Below are positions 19,457 through 29,313 of a DNA stretch of 64,000 bases, one piece after another. Where the stretch lies: contig JBMNIW010000004.1 in assembly GCA_050951325.1 (NCBI GenBank), positions 32,001 through 96,000 on the forward strand, read 5' to 3'. Source of the DNA: Clostridia bacterium (GTDB taxonomy: Bacteria > Bacillota > Clostridia > UBA1212 > DUPL01). A model generated the notes under the pieces. That model had not been told where the DNA came from. It saw nothing but the letters and a program-made list of their open reading frames with translations, and searched no databases. The position numbers and the translations under genes are program-made. Numbering within the stretch: position 1 is the stretch's first letter; every line of letters begins with the position of its first letter.

Positions 19457-20572
19457 CTACACCTCTTCATAATATGTATCCGGTCTTTCCGGGTCAAAAC
19501 ACTCATTCGCCCACATTATAGTTACCAGATCCGTCTGTCCCACGTTCTCAATTGAATGGGTGTATCCTGGTGGTATGTCTACAACTCTTAGCTCCTTGTC
19601 CGACACACGCACCTCGATAATATCCTTTTCCCCAATTTTTCTGAACCTGATTACTGCCTCTCCGCTGACAACCAGAAATTTCTCATTCTTGGTGTGATGC
19701 CAGTGATTTCCCTTTACAATGCCTGGTTTTGATACGTTTACCGACACCTGTCCTCTTTCAGGCGTTTTAAGGAACTCGGTAAAAGCTCCTCTGTGATCCA
19801 CATTCATCTTAAGAGGATAACTAAAATCATCTTCCTTGAGATAGCTAAGATATGTGCTGTAGAGTTTCTTGCACAATTCATCGTCCATGTTGGGAACAAG
19901 CAGATTCTTTCTCGACTCCTTGAAGGATTGTATAAGTATTGCAATTTCACCCAACGCTCTTGTATATGTTATGGGTACATAACAAAATCCGTCTTCCTTG
20001 ATATTTGCCCTTCCCTCAATGGCATTTATGAATTCATCCACCACATCGTCAATGTAGGCAACATTCATGACATAATTAGGATCATTTACAGTTATGGGCA
20101 AATCCCTCGCAATATTATGACAGAAGGTTGCAATAACGCTGTTGTAGTTGGGTCTGCAGCACTTTCCAAACAAGTTTGGAAGCCTGTACACAAAAACTTC
20201 TGCGTTGTTTCTTCTGCCATAATCAAAAATGACCTGTTCCGCATTTCTCTTGCTTGTTCCATAAGGATTGTCCTTTTCAGCGTGAATGGATGACGAGAAG
20301 ATTATGCTTGTCCTTTTATCACGCTTCTCAAGCATATCAATTATCTGGCTTGTAAAGCCGTGATTGCCTGTTTCAAACTCCTTATCCTCCTTGGGTCTGT
20401 TCACGCCTGCCAAATGAACGAGAAAGTCAGCCTGCATGATAAATTCTTCAAGCAAGCTTTCTTCCGTATCCACATCATATTCCATAACTTCATACTTTTC
20501 ACTGTTTTTCAGAGAAAGACACAAATTCTTTCCAACGAAACCTTTTGCTCCAGTAACCAGAATCTTCTTCAA
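19457..20572 (-). CDS. FnlB/CapF-like NAD-dependent reductase/epimerase with C-terminal cupin
   Basis: TGAKGFVGKNL, HLAGVNRP, RPNYNSVIATFC and KGNHWHHTKNEKF motifs. Confidence 0.92.
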   Translation of the reverse strand: MKKILVTGAKGFVGKNLCLSLKNSEKYEVMEYDVDTEESLLEEFIMQADFLVHLAGVNRPKEDKEFETGNHGFTSQIIDMLEKRDKRTSIIFSSSIHAEKDNPYGTSKRNAEQVIFDYGRRNNAEVFVYRLPNLFGKCCRPNYNSVIATFCHNIARDLPITVNDPNYVMNVAYIDDVVDEFINAIEGRANIKEDGFCYVPITYTRALGEIAILIQSFKESRKNLLVPNMDDELCKKLYSTYLSYLKEDDFSYPLKMNVDHRGAFTEFLKTPERGQVSVNVSKPGIVKGNHWHHTKNEKFLVVSGEAVIRFRKIGEKDIIEVRVSDKELRVVDIPPGYTHSIENVGQTDLVTIMWANECFDPERPDTYYEEV

Positions 20573-20609
20573 AAAACCGCCACCTTTTCCAAAACACTAC
20601 TTAAATATA

Positions 20610-21833
20610 TTAACGCAGCGATTCCTGCAAGTCAACAAATATGTCAAAAAGACTGTCAAAAAAACTGTCTTTTGTAAAATTATCAAGATAATATTTTCTT
20701 CCGTTATGACCTTTTTCCTTGTATGTTTCAAAATCCAACATGATTTGAGCCATGATGGAAGCCAGTCCTTCATGATCGCTTCCTCTTACACACAAACCAC
20801 AGTCTGCCTCATTTATAACTTCCATGGCAGCCCCATCTATTGCTCCTGCAATGGGTTTGCCCACACTTAAATAACTCTGGGCCTTGCCAGGCAGTGTCAT
20901 GCTTATGAAATCTCCGCCACGCATTGTCAGGAGAAAGCAATCCGCCATTTCGTAAAACCTCTTCATTTCAGAAAGAGGGTGTCTTCCATGGAAAACCACT
21001 TGATTAACAACATCAAGTTCTTTTGTGAGATTTTTGCAGTTCTCTAGATTTATCCCATCCCCAACAATATGGACCTTGTATTCCTTTCCATTGTTCAAAT
21101 TATTATCTTCAATATGTTTTACCGCTTTAATAATGCACTCAATATCCTGTACGGAACCTATATTGCCTGCAAATAAAAAATCAACAACTCCGTTTTCAAG
21201 ATATTTTCCTGCAATATTTTCGTACAAATCCTCCGCATACTGAGGCAGATAAACAATCCTTTCATCATCCACTCCGATTACTTTGGTCAGATACTCCCTA
21301 AAAGGCTTTGATGATATAAGTATCAGATCACATTTTCTGTACAGTTTCTTACTCAAAGCCATGGCACATCTGAAAAAAAGAGAACTCTCTTTAATATCCC
21401 AGGCTTTCAAAACTTCGGGCCATATATCCATGCAGTAAAGAACCACAGGTTTTTTTATTCTCTTTCCCAGCGACAGGGCAGGTATGGCCTGCAGTATGGG
21501 GGTAATCTGATTTACGAATATTACATCACAGGATGGTTTCCTGCAAAGCTTTGTATGAATAAAACCATTGAATGCAAAAGACGAGTACGTAAGAATTCTG
21601 AAAAAAGCGCCTGTTCTTCTTGAAACGGTAGATACTCTGACAACCTTTGCTCCATCAACTGTTTCTTTTCTCCTTCTAAAAAACCTGTACTCTTTCCTTA
21701 CAGTACCGGTCTCGTAATCAGGAAGGCCTGCCAGTGTGGTTACATTGTGACCTCTTTGAACGAACTCCCTTACCATATCGTTAACCTTGAAGTTGTCCGG
21801 GTAATAGTATTCAGAAACCACATAAATGTCCAT
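20610..21833 (-). CDS. GT4 glycosyltransferase (WbuB/CapL-like)
   Basis: VSEYYYPDNF, D.WPE, FAGNIG..Q and PGK.QSYL motifs. Confidence 0.88.
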   Translation of the reverse strand: MDIYVVSEYYYPDNFKVNDMVREFVQRGHNVTTLAGLPDYETGTVRKEYRFFRRRKETVDGAKVVRVSTVSRRTGAFFRILTYSSFAFNGFIHTKLCRKPSCDVIFVNQITPILQAIPALSLGKRIKKPVVLYCMDIWPEVLKAWDIKESSLFFRCAMALSKKLYRKCDLILISSKPFREYLTKVIGVDDERIVYLPQYAEDLYENIAGKYLENGVVDFLFAGNIGSVQDIECIIKAVKHIEDNNLNNGKEYKVHIVGDGINLENCKNLTKELDVVNQVVFHGRHPLSEMKRFYEMADCFLLTMRGGDFISMTLPGKAQSYLSVGKPIAGAIDGAAMEVINEADCGLCVRGSDHEGLASIMAQIMLDFETYKEKGHNGRKYYLDNFTKDSFFDSLFDIFVDLQESLR

Positions 21834-23201
21834 CTACCGTTTCTCATCTCCTTTGTTGAATCCTTCAGTACTCTCGGGTTTAAATAGTATCTTTATCGTA
21901 GTCAGCATAAGCTTCAGGTCCAGAAGAAGCGAATAGTTCTCAATGTAAATCAGGTCAAGTCTCAGTTTGTCATATGGGCTTGTATTGTACTTGCCAAGAA
22001 CCTGGGCATATCCTGTAAGTCCGCCCTTTACCTTCAGTCTGTATCTGAACTCTGGAATCTGCTCGCTGTACATATCCACATGTTCAACCCTCTCCGGCCT
22101 TGGCCCCACAACACTCATGTCTCCTTTCAGGATATTGAAAAGCTGCGGAAGCTCGTCCATGCGAATCTTTCTTATAACCTTTCCAACTGGTGTAATCCTG
22201 GGGTCGTTGTCTTCGGCCGGTATTACCTCTCCATCTTTTTCTGCATCCACAATCATACTCCTGAACTTCAGTATGTTGAACACCTTTCCATCTTTGGTAT
22301 ATCTTTTTTGTTTGAAAAGAACAGGGCCCTTGTCATGCAATTTTATCGCAGCAGCAATAACTATCATGACAGGTGAAAACAGTATGATCAGTACAAGGGA
22401 TAAAATCATGTCCATCAGTCTTTTAATTATCCTCTGCCCTATTGTCAGGCCTTTGTTGCTGCAGTAATATATGGGAGAATCGAAAAGCTCCAATCGTGAC
22501 GCTCCTCTTATCATCAAATCTGACAACTTTGGAGATATATATACGCTTATCCCTTTTTCAAAGCAGTACTTAAGTATGTTCTCCCTCAAAGGTTCTTTTT
22601 CACTGGCAAGAGCAACCACACCGCATTCATCCAAGGCCTTCTTAACTGCCTCAAAATCTTCATCGGAGCTTAATACCACTTTTAAGTTGAACTTGTCCTT
22701 CCTCATATTGAGTTTGTCCTCAACCTCTATCAGGTCAAAAGGGTTGTCGTATATTAGAGCAATGTCCCTTGGGGGATACATTTTCTTGTACACTGCATCC
22801 GCAATGTACGCCCATACAATAATTATAACTATATCCACCAGAGTAAGAATAACAATGGGCAGTGCTTTTGAAATTACAAGAGTCCTTTCCATCAAGCTGA
22901 TTTGCAGATACGTAATAGCATTTACAAACAAAATGGAGATTATCTGTGAATTAATCACATCAAGTCTTTTGAGCTGCCCTATTTGATAGCCACCGTACAA
23001 GCTTGTAAAGGTATACAGAAGTATTGCATACACGCCCAGTACGGTAAAGTTTCCACCAAAAGGAAATGGCATGGACAGCTTTTCTGAAAACCATGCAAAA
23101 CCGTATGCAAGGGTAAGAAGGGTCAGGTTTACTAATGTAAACAAACCCTCCACAACACCGTACATGTTGTCCATATGCTTTTGGCCATTTCCTTTTTTCA
23201 T
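21834..23201 (-). CDS. Polyprenyl-phosphate sugar phosphotransferase (priming transferase, WcaJ/CpsE-like)
   Basis: N-terminal TMs; KFRSM, DPRIT and DELPQL.NILKGDMSVVGPRPER motifs. Confidence 0.92.
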   Translation of the reverse strand: MKKGNGQKHMDNMYGVVEGLFTLVNLTLLTLAYGFAWFSEKLSMPFPFGGNFTVLGVYAILLYTFTSLYGGYQIGQLKRLDVINSQIISILFVNAITYLQISLMERTLVISKALPIVILTLVDIVIIIVWAYIADAVYKKMYPPRDIALIYDNPFDLIEVEDKLNMRKDKFNLKVVLSSDEDFEAVKKALDECGVVALASEKEPLRENILKYCFEKGISVYISPKLSDLMIRGASRLELFDSPIYYCSNKGLTIGQRIIKRLMDMILSLVLIILFSPVMIVIAAAIKLHDKGPVLFKQKRYTKDGKVFNILKFRSMIVDAEKDGEVIPAEDNDPRITPVGKVIRKIRMDELPQLFNILKGDMSVVGPRPERVEHVDMYSEQIPEFRYRLKVKGGLTGYAQVLGKYNTSPYDKLRLDLIYIENYSLLLDLKLMLTTIKILFKPESTEGFNKGDEKR

Positions 23202-23202
23202 A

Positions 23203-23937
23203 CTATCCCCTACCCAGCGCTTTCAAAACCCTGTCGGGCACATTGGTAATTATACCCGTAGGTTCCATCTCTATTGCTTTCTGTATGTCTTCAGGACTGT
23301 CAACAGTCCACACATTACATCCTATTCCATGTCTCTTGCACTCATCCACTATAGCCTTGTTCACACAAGATAATGCCGGATGAATGAAGTCTGCATTGTT
23401 TGTCCTAACCATTGCCACCGTCTCTTCAGGACTTAAAACATGTCCATACAGTAGAGAGGTTTTAAGTTTTGGGAACAACTCCTTCAGTTCTTTGAGAATA
23501 TTGTGATCGAAGCTTGAAATCATGGATTTCTCAAGACACTTGTATGAGACTATAGTGTCATAAAGGATTGTGAAAGCCTTTTTTCTGTCTTGTGGGTTGA
23601 AAGGCGTTTTTAACTCAATGTTTATGACATCCATATCCTTCACAGTCTCCATAAACTCCTCCAACAGAGGAATTTTCGTTCCCTCATATTCTTTCCCAAA
23701 CTTTGTTCCGTAATCAAAACGGTTTAAATATTCATATGTATTTTCCGAGATCTTTCCTGTGCCTGTTGAGGTTCTTGCAATCTCATCATCGTGACAAACC
23801 ACATATCTGTAATCATTAGTCAGATGAATATCGTTCTCAACACCGTCCGCCTTCATTCTGACTGCCAGTTCAAAAGCAGGCAATGTATTTTCAGGCGCAT
23901 ATGCGGAAGCTCCCCTGTGTGCCTGTACCTGTATCAT
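23203..23937 (-). CDS. Glycerophosphodiester phosphodiesterase
   Basis: AHRGAS..APENT, E.D, HD and WTVD motifs. Confidence 0.92.
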   Translation of the reverse strand: MIQVQAHRGASAYAPENTLPAFELAVRMKADGVENDIHLTNDYRYVVCHDDEIARTSTGTGKISENTYEYLNRFDYGTKFGKEYEGTKIPLLEEFMETVKDMDVINIELKTPFNPQDRKKAFTILYDTIVSYKCLEKSMISSFDHNILKELKELFPKLKTSLLYGHVLSPEETVAMVRTNNADFIHPALSCVNKAIVDECKRHGIGCNVWTVDSPEDIQKAIEMEPTGIITNVPDRVLKALGRG

Positions 23938-23940
23938 AGA

Positions 23941-25200
23941 TTAGTCCTCCTGTGCTTTTCTCTTTCTTATTACACTACCCGGTGCAACAAAAATTGGCAC
24001 CCTTAATCTTGTCACCATCATGGCCTTTGCAGCCCTGTCAATTGCGTTATCTTCCTCATCATACATTTCATTTATTGTTACCTTAAAAACTCCGTCTCCA
24101 GGAGCTACAAATTCCAACGTATCTCCCCTGTTAAAATCTCCCCTTAAATAAAACATGATTTCGTACATATTATCGGCTATTTTATCACACTTTTCAATAG
24201 TTCCAATAAATTGTGTGTCACGAATATATGAGGCGCTGGCATAAATCTGGCTGCCCCTCTCTCCCAGATAGAATCCGGTGGAGTAATTCCTGTGACTTAC
24301 ACTGGAGAGTTCCCCAAGAAGCTCCTTGTGAAGTTCCACATTATTCTTGTAACCAGTAGGATTCTTGTAATATTCGTCAATCGCAATCCTGTAAGCCCTT
24401 ACAACCACAGCGGTATAAAATTCACTTTTCATCCTTCCCTCAATCTTAAGAGAAGATATTCCACTTTCTATCATCTTGTCTATATGCTCAACCATGCACA
24501 AATCCTTTGAGTTGAATATGAAGGTTCCATGCTCAGTTTCCTCAACAGGCATATACTCCCCAGGTCTTTTTTCTTCAACCAGACTGTACTTCCAACGGCA
24601 AGGCTGGGCGCAGTCTCCCCTGTTTGAAGGCCTGTCCGCAAGGAAGTCGCTAATCAAACATCTTCCAGAGTAAGCCATGCACATGCTTCCATGAACAAAT
24701 GCTTCTAGTTCGCAGTCAATGCCGTCCTTTAACAGAGTTGAGTTTATCTTCCCAATCTCTGATAACGACAGCTCCCTTGCCAGATTTACTCTTGTCGCCC
24801 CATTCTTTGCCCAAAACTTTATGGTCTGAGAATTAAGATTGTTTGCCTGCGTGCTTACATGTATATCAAGTTCCGGTATTTCTTCTCTTACCAGATTGAA
24901 AAAACCAATATCACTGATTATGACGGCATGTACTCCAACTCCATGCAGCTTTCTTACATAATTCAGCATCTGTGACATATCGTCATCTCTTGGTAGTATA
25001 TTTACCGTCACATATATTTTCTTATTCAACCTGTTTGCAATTTCCACCGCTTCCTTCATTTCTTCCAAAGTGAAGTTGTCGGCTTTTGCTCTTAAACCAA
25101 ACTGGCTGCCACCAAGGTAGCAAGCATCAGCACCAAACAAAAATGCCGTTTTCAGTTTTGTCATATTGCCTGCAGGAGCAAGCAATTCAACTTTTTCCAT
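23941..25200 (-). CDS. U32 family protein, TrhP-like tRNA 5-hydroxyuridine synthase
   Basis: ELLAPAG, CMAYSGRC...CAQPCR Fe-S motif and LKIEGR; adjacent to the TrmR-like methyltransferase as in B. subtilis yrrM-yrrO. Confidence 0.85.
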   Translation of the reverse strand: MEKVELLAPAGNMTKLKTAFLFGADACYLGGSQFGLRAKADNFTLEEMKEAVEIANRLNKKIYVTVNILPRDDDMSQMLNYVRKLHGVGVHAVIISDIGFFNLVREEIPELDIHVSTQANNLNSQTIKFWAKNGATRVNLARELSLSEIGKINSTLLKDGIDCELEAFVHGSMCMAYSGRCLISDFLADRPSNRGDCAQPCRWKYSLVEEKRPGEYMPVEETEHGTFIFNSKDLCMVEHIDKMIESGISSLKIEGRMKSEFYTAVVVRAYRIAIDEYYKNPTGYKNNVELHKELLGELSSVSHRNYSTGFYLGERGSQIYASASYIRDTQFIGTIEKCDKIADNMYEIMFYLRGDFNRGDTLEFVAPGDGVFKVTINEMYDEEDNAIDRAAKAMMVTRLRVPIFVAPGSVIRKRKAQED

Positions 25201-25212
25201 CTTTATCTCCTT

Positions 25213-25839
25213 CTATTTAATCCTTGTAGATATTGCTATTCCATCCCCTGTTTCCAAAATGCTTGTAACAAATCTGTCATCTGATGTAAGTCTCTCCAGA
25301 AAACTGCGCAGATTTGCCACAATAGTTCTATGTTTTCTATCAACAAACTTTGGTTCGTCATATATTTTTCCATGGTAGGATATGTTGTCACAAAGCAAAA
25401 CCCCGCCAACCTTCAGCAGCCTCAGAATATCATCATACACGTCTATATACCTGCTTTTTGCTCCATCTAGGAAAATCATGTCGTACTTTATGTCAAGGCA
25501 TGCAAACACATCCTGCATGTCGCCCGCAATTACATGAATCCTTTCTTCCAGGTTTGCCCGCTTAATATTCTCTCTAGCAACAACCACTAGGTCAGGATCA
25601 ATCTCAACAGTGTCGATAATACAGTCCGAGCTGGATGCCTCTGCCATAAGGATGGAAGAGTATCCAATGGCAGTGCCTGCCTCAAGTATCCTGCCAGGCT
25701 TCATCATGTGAACAATAACCTTGAGAAGGCTTGCCATATCCTCCCTTACTATGGGTATGTGATTTTTTACTGCCTCATCATATATCTTATTCAAACAGTC
25801 TGATCTGTCTGTTATCAATCCAATCAAATAATCGTTCAT
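25213..25839 (-). CDS. O-methyltransferase, TrmR/YrrM-like
   Basis: LE.GTAIGYS, IFLDGAK and GG.L.CDN motifs; mltG-trmR-trhP synteny. Confidence 0.88.
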   Translation of the reverse strand: MNDYLIGLITDRSDCLNKIYDEAVKNHIPIVREDMASLLKVIVHMMKPGRILEAGTAIGYSSILMAEASSSDCIIDTVEIDPDLVVVARENIKRANLEERIHVIAGDMQDVFACLDIKYDMIFLDGAKSRYIDVYDDILRLLKVGGVLLCDNISYHGKIYDEPKFVDRKHRTIVANLRSFLERLTSDDRFVTSILETGDGIAISTRIK

Positions 25840-27128
25840 CAGCTGTTCTTCGCCTTCAAATGTTCTTCGTAAGTTCTTGAGAATATATGTCCTCCGGAAC
25901 CGTCTTTCCTTAGAACGAAGTAATAGTAGTCGTGCTGCTCTGGTTTTAGAGCAGCTTCAATGGATGCAAGACCAGGATTGCAAATCGGTCCTGGAGGAAG
26001 TCCCTTTGCAACGTATGTGTTGTATGGATCCTGAATCTTTTCGTGTTCTTCTGTAATGTCTCCATCCAGAGTTTCATTATATATCTTTTTATACGCATAT
26101 CTGACGGTCGCACAGGACTGGAGATATGCCATGTCAGGATCCGAGCTTTTCAACCTGTTGTGAAATACTCCGGATACCGTTATTCTCTCTGAAGGAACTT
26201 TTACTTCCTTCTCAATAATTGACGCCAGCTTTATAATATCATCCACCGTGTATCCAAGATTTCCCGCCATGTCATAGTATGCTGGCTTGAATACCTCGTT
26301 GAACCTGTTAAGCATCTTGTATATTACAGAGTTTACATTCGCATCCACGTCAAACTCGTAAGTATCAGGGAAAAGATACCCGTCAAGTCGGTAATCCCTT
26401 CCGTTGGCGTCTGGTATGAAGGGATACGAGGATAAGTCGATAGTCTGTACCGCCTTGAGAAACTCATCGGCGCTGCACACACCATTCGCCTGAAGCCTCT
26501 GGGCAATCTGCTCTGTGGTAAACCCTTCGGGAAATGTCACCTTTACACTTTCGGGATAGCTTGTAAGGATTATCATAATCTCGTCATAGCTAAGCCCTTT
26601 ACTCAATGTGTAGGTTCCAGCTTTGTATCTTCCGTCATAGCCGTTGAACTTTGATAAAAAGCGGTACACTTCCGTGTTTCTAATAAGGCCCATTTCCTTG
26701 AGATTGTTGGCAATATCCTTTGTAGTTGCTCCTCTTTCTATCTTGAACTTGACCTCGGTTTCAGGGTCAATGTAAATACTTTCTATACTTGTTGGATTGT
26801 TGTATTTGTCAACAAGATAGGTGTAGGACAAAAAGCTTGAAAAAAACACCACACAAACGCAGAATACAACAAACAGAAGCAGGTAAGGCAGATTACTCCT
26901 GTTTTTGACTTTCTTTTTATGTGAAACTTTCCTTATTTTAACTTTCTGTCTTTTTTCGCCTGTCGCTGCTTTGGGTATTCTTGTCTGTTTAAGTGCAGTA
27001 GATGAAGTTGCATTCGACTGCGTCCTTCTTGCTGCACCAGGTTTTCTGATACCCTTCGTTTGCGGCAATACGCCTTTTGTGTTGGCTCTTTGAGATCCAA
27101 GCTTGTTGTCAGGCATATCCTTTTTCAC
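25839..27128 (-). CDS. mltG: Endolytic transglycosylase MltG
   Basis: Single TM; VTFPEG, LDGYLFPDTY, LASIIEKE and YNTY...GLPPGPICNPG motifs. Confidence 0.93.
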   Translation of the reverse strand: MKKDMPDNKLGSQRANTKGVLPQTKGIRKPGAARRTQSNATSSTALKQTRIPKAATGEKRQKVKIRKVSHKKKVKNRSNLPYLLLFVVFCVCVVFFSSFLSYTYLVDKYNNPTSIESIYIDPETEVKFKIERGATTKDIANNLKEMGLIRNTEVYRFLSKFNGYDGRYKAGTYTLSKGLSYDEIMIILTSYPESVKVTFPEGFTTEQIAQRLQANGVCSADEFLKAVQTIDLSSYPFIPDANGRDYRLDGYLFPDTYEFDVDANVNSVIYKMLNRFNEVFKPAYYDMAGNLGYTVDDIIKLASIIEKEVKVPSERITVSGVFHNRLKSSDPDMAYLQSCATVRYAYKKIYNETLDGDITEEHEKIQDPYNTYVAKGLPPGPICNPGLASIEAALKPEQHDYYYFVLRKDGSGGHIFSRTYEEHLKAKNS

Positions 27129-27205
27129 CTCTATACATCAGCTCTTGCAATCCTCTTTGAAAAATATCTTTTTCGTATGTATCATACCCATCAAAGATAC
27201 GATTC

Positions 27206-27234
27206 ATTATACCATTACCCATAATATCGGTCAA
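27206..27234 (-). promoter_or_regulatory. sigmaA promoter for the mltG operon
   Basis: TTGACC-17-TATAAT with extended -10 TG. Confidence 0.65.
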
Positions 27235-27352
27235 GAATTCCCACAATCAGGCAATTATCCTACGTAATAGAAATATAAAAAGTCTGTACAAATTATACAA
27301 ATAATGTTATCATAATGTGAAAGGTTCAATATAAGTGCAAGGAGTTGGCAAC

Positions 27353-27748
27353 ATGGGGGAAAAAAAGAGAATAACTGTAACCATTAACGGCAGAAATTAC
27401 ACACTACGTCACGACGAAACAGACGAATACGTGCATAGAATCGTCCAATATTTGAATAATAAGATTGCGGACGTTTCCCGCGGCGGACTTCAGCTTGGCG
27501 AACACATTGCGCTTGTTATGGCAGCCATAAACATAACGGATGAGCTTTTTAAAACCCAGAAGAACTTCAATACGCTTAAGAACGAAATAAAGCGCATGAT
27601 GGATGAGTACGACAAGCTGAAACTTGAAAAGCAAGAGCTAGAAAAGCAGTACATGCAGCTTTCCGAGGAATACGACGAAGTCAATAAAAAACTACTTATT
27701 AAGCAGATTGAATTCAATGAATACAGAAAATCTGTTGAGGGAAGATGA
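27353..27748 (+). CDS. zapA: Cell division protein ZapA
   Basis: VTINGRNYTL and MAAINITDEL motifs, then coiled coil. Confidence 0.88.
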   Translation: MGEKKRITVTINGRNYTLRHDETDEYVHRIVQYLNNKIADVSRGGLQLGEHIALVMAAINITDELFKTQKNFNTLKNEIKRMMDEYDKLKLEKQELEKQYMQLSEEYDEVNKKLLIKQIEFNEYRKSVEGR

Positions 27749-29313
27749 AAAGAATAGAATTATTGTCCCCTGCCGGTAATTTCGAAAGCCTTAAGTTCGC
27801 AGTACAAAACGGCGCAGATGCCGTTTATCTTGGACTTAATAAATTTAGTGCAAGGGCATCCAGTGATAACTTTGACATTGAAAAACTTAAACAGGCAATA
27901 TCATACGCACATCCAAGAGGTGTGCTCGTTTATGTCGCCATAAACACGCTTCTTGATGACAATGATCTTGAAAATGCCATTGAACTTGCTAAAATGGCGG
28001 ACATGCTGCATGCGGACGCATTCATCGTCCAGGATCTTGGTTTGGCTAGGATGTTGAAAAAACATGTAAAGGCTCCATTGCACGCCAGCACCCAGATGAC
28101 TGTATACAACGAGGAGGGAGCAAGACTCCTTAAGGATTTGGGGTTTTCAAGATGCATTCTGTCAAGAGAACTTTCTCTTGACGAAATAGTCACTATTTGC
28201 TCAAAAAACATAATGGAAATGGAAGTATTCTGCCACGGTGCAATCTGCATAAGCTATTCCGGTCAGTGTCTGTTGAGCAGCGCCATAGGTGGAAGAAGCG
28301 GCAACAAGGGACAGTGCGCACAGCCCTGCAGACTTATGTATTCGGTTCTAAGAAACGGAAAGGAAGTTTCCAAAAGAGCCTACAGAATAAGTCCTGGCGA
28401 TTTAATGACACTTCCCTATCTTGCACAACTTGTCAATACAGGCATAACTTCCTTGAAAATTGAGGGAAGACTTAAAAGCCCTCAGTATACAGGCATTGTT
28501 ACCGCAAAGTACAGAAAAGCCCTCGATATTATTCAAAACAGGGAAATCGAAGAATACCCTACACAAAAAGACATGGAAGATCTCTCCGTGATTTTCTCAA
28601 GAGGCAGATTTACGTCATACCATCATTTTGAGAAGATGCCTTTTGTCGATATAACATTTAGTTCATCAGGCCATATAGGGCTTGAATGTGGTGAGATTTT
28701 AAAAGTAAAAATCTTCAAGACAAAAGGTAAAAGGAACTCTCCAGACATATTCGAGCTGAAGGTAAAACTTTCATCCCCTGTCAGTAAAGGTGATGGTATT
28801 GCCATAGAAAATACTGAAGATGGCGGAAAGGTAAATTCAATAAAAACAGAAAGCCATAAAACAATCCTTTCTGCGGACGCAGGGGATACAGTCATACTGA
28901 ACCTTGCAGGCAGATTGAAAAACAACGTCCGCTCGGGCATGCATATATACAAGACACATGACGAGCAGTTGTCAAGTGAAATCAATCAGAAAATGCAGAA
29001 GGAAAACAGAAAGGTGCCTGTTAGTGTTCATGCTGGTATAAAACAAGGTTCCCCGGTTATAATTACTATGAGTGACGGAAAATACGAAGTATCAGCCTCT
29101 GGAAACCTTGTTGTTGAGAAAGCCTTGAACAGGGCTGTCAATGCAGACGATGTAACGAGGCAGATGTCAAAACTTGGCGGTACAGTGTTTGAGCTGGATT
29201 ATATTACTGTCGATATTGATGAAAACATATTTGTGCCTATGTCGGAGCTGGCAAATATCAGACGAGAACTTGTCGAAAAACTGATGGAAAAGAGAACGGA
29301 AGGTGCCATTTGA
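27745..29313 (+). CDS. U32 family protein (RlhA-like), N-terminal U32 plus DUF3656-like region
   Basis: ELLSPAG, CISYSGQC...CAQPCR and LKIEGRLK motifs; C-terminal KLGGT.F...F.P.SEL..IRR. Confidence 0.85.
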   Translation: MKRIELLSPAGNFESLKFAVQNGADAVYLGLNKFSARASSDNFDIEKLKQAISYAHPRGVLVYVAINTLLDDNDLENAIELAKMADMLHADAFIVQDLGLARMLKKHVKAPLHASTQMTVYNEEGARLLKDLGFSRCILSRELSLDEIVTICSKNIMEMEVFCHGAICISYSGQCLLSSAIGGRSGNKGQCAQPCRLMYSVLRNGKEVSKRAYRISPGDLMTLPYLAQLVNTGITSLKIEGRLKSPQYTGIVTAKYRKALDIIQNREIEEYPTQKDMEDLSVIFSRGRFTSYHHFEKMPFVDITFSSSGHIGLECGEILKVKIFKTKGKRNSPDIFELKVKLSSPVSKGDGIAIENTEDGGKVNSIKTESHKTILSADAGDTVILNLAGRLKNNVRSGMHIYKTHDEQLSSEINQKMQKENRKVPVSVHAGIKQGSPVIITMSDGKYEVSASGNLVVEKALNRAVNADDVTRQMSKLGGTVFELDYITVDIDENIFVPMSELANIRRELVEKLMEKRTEGAI

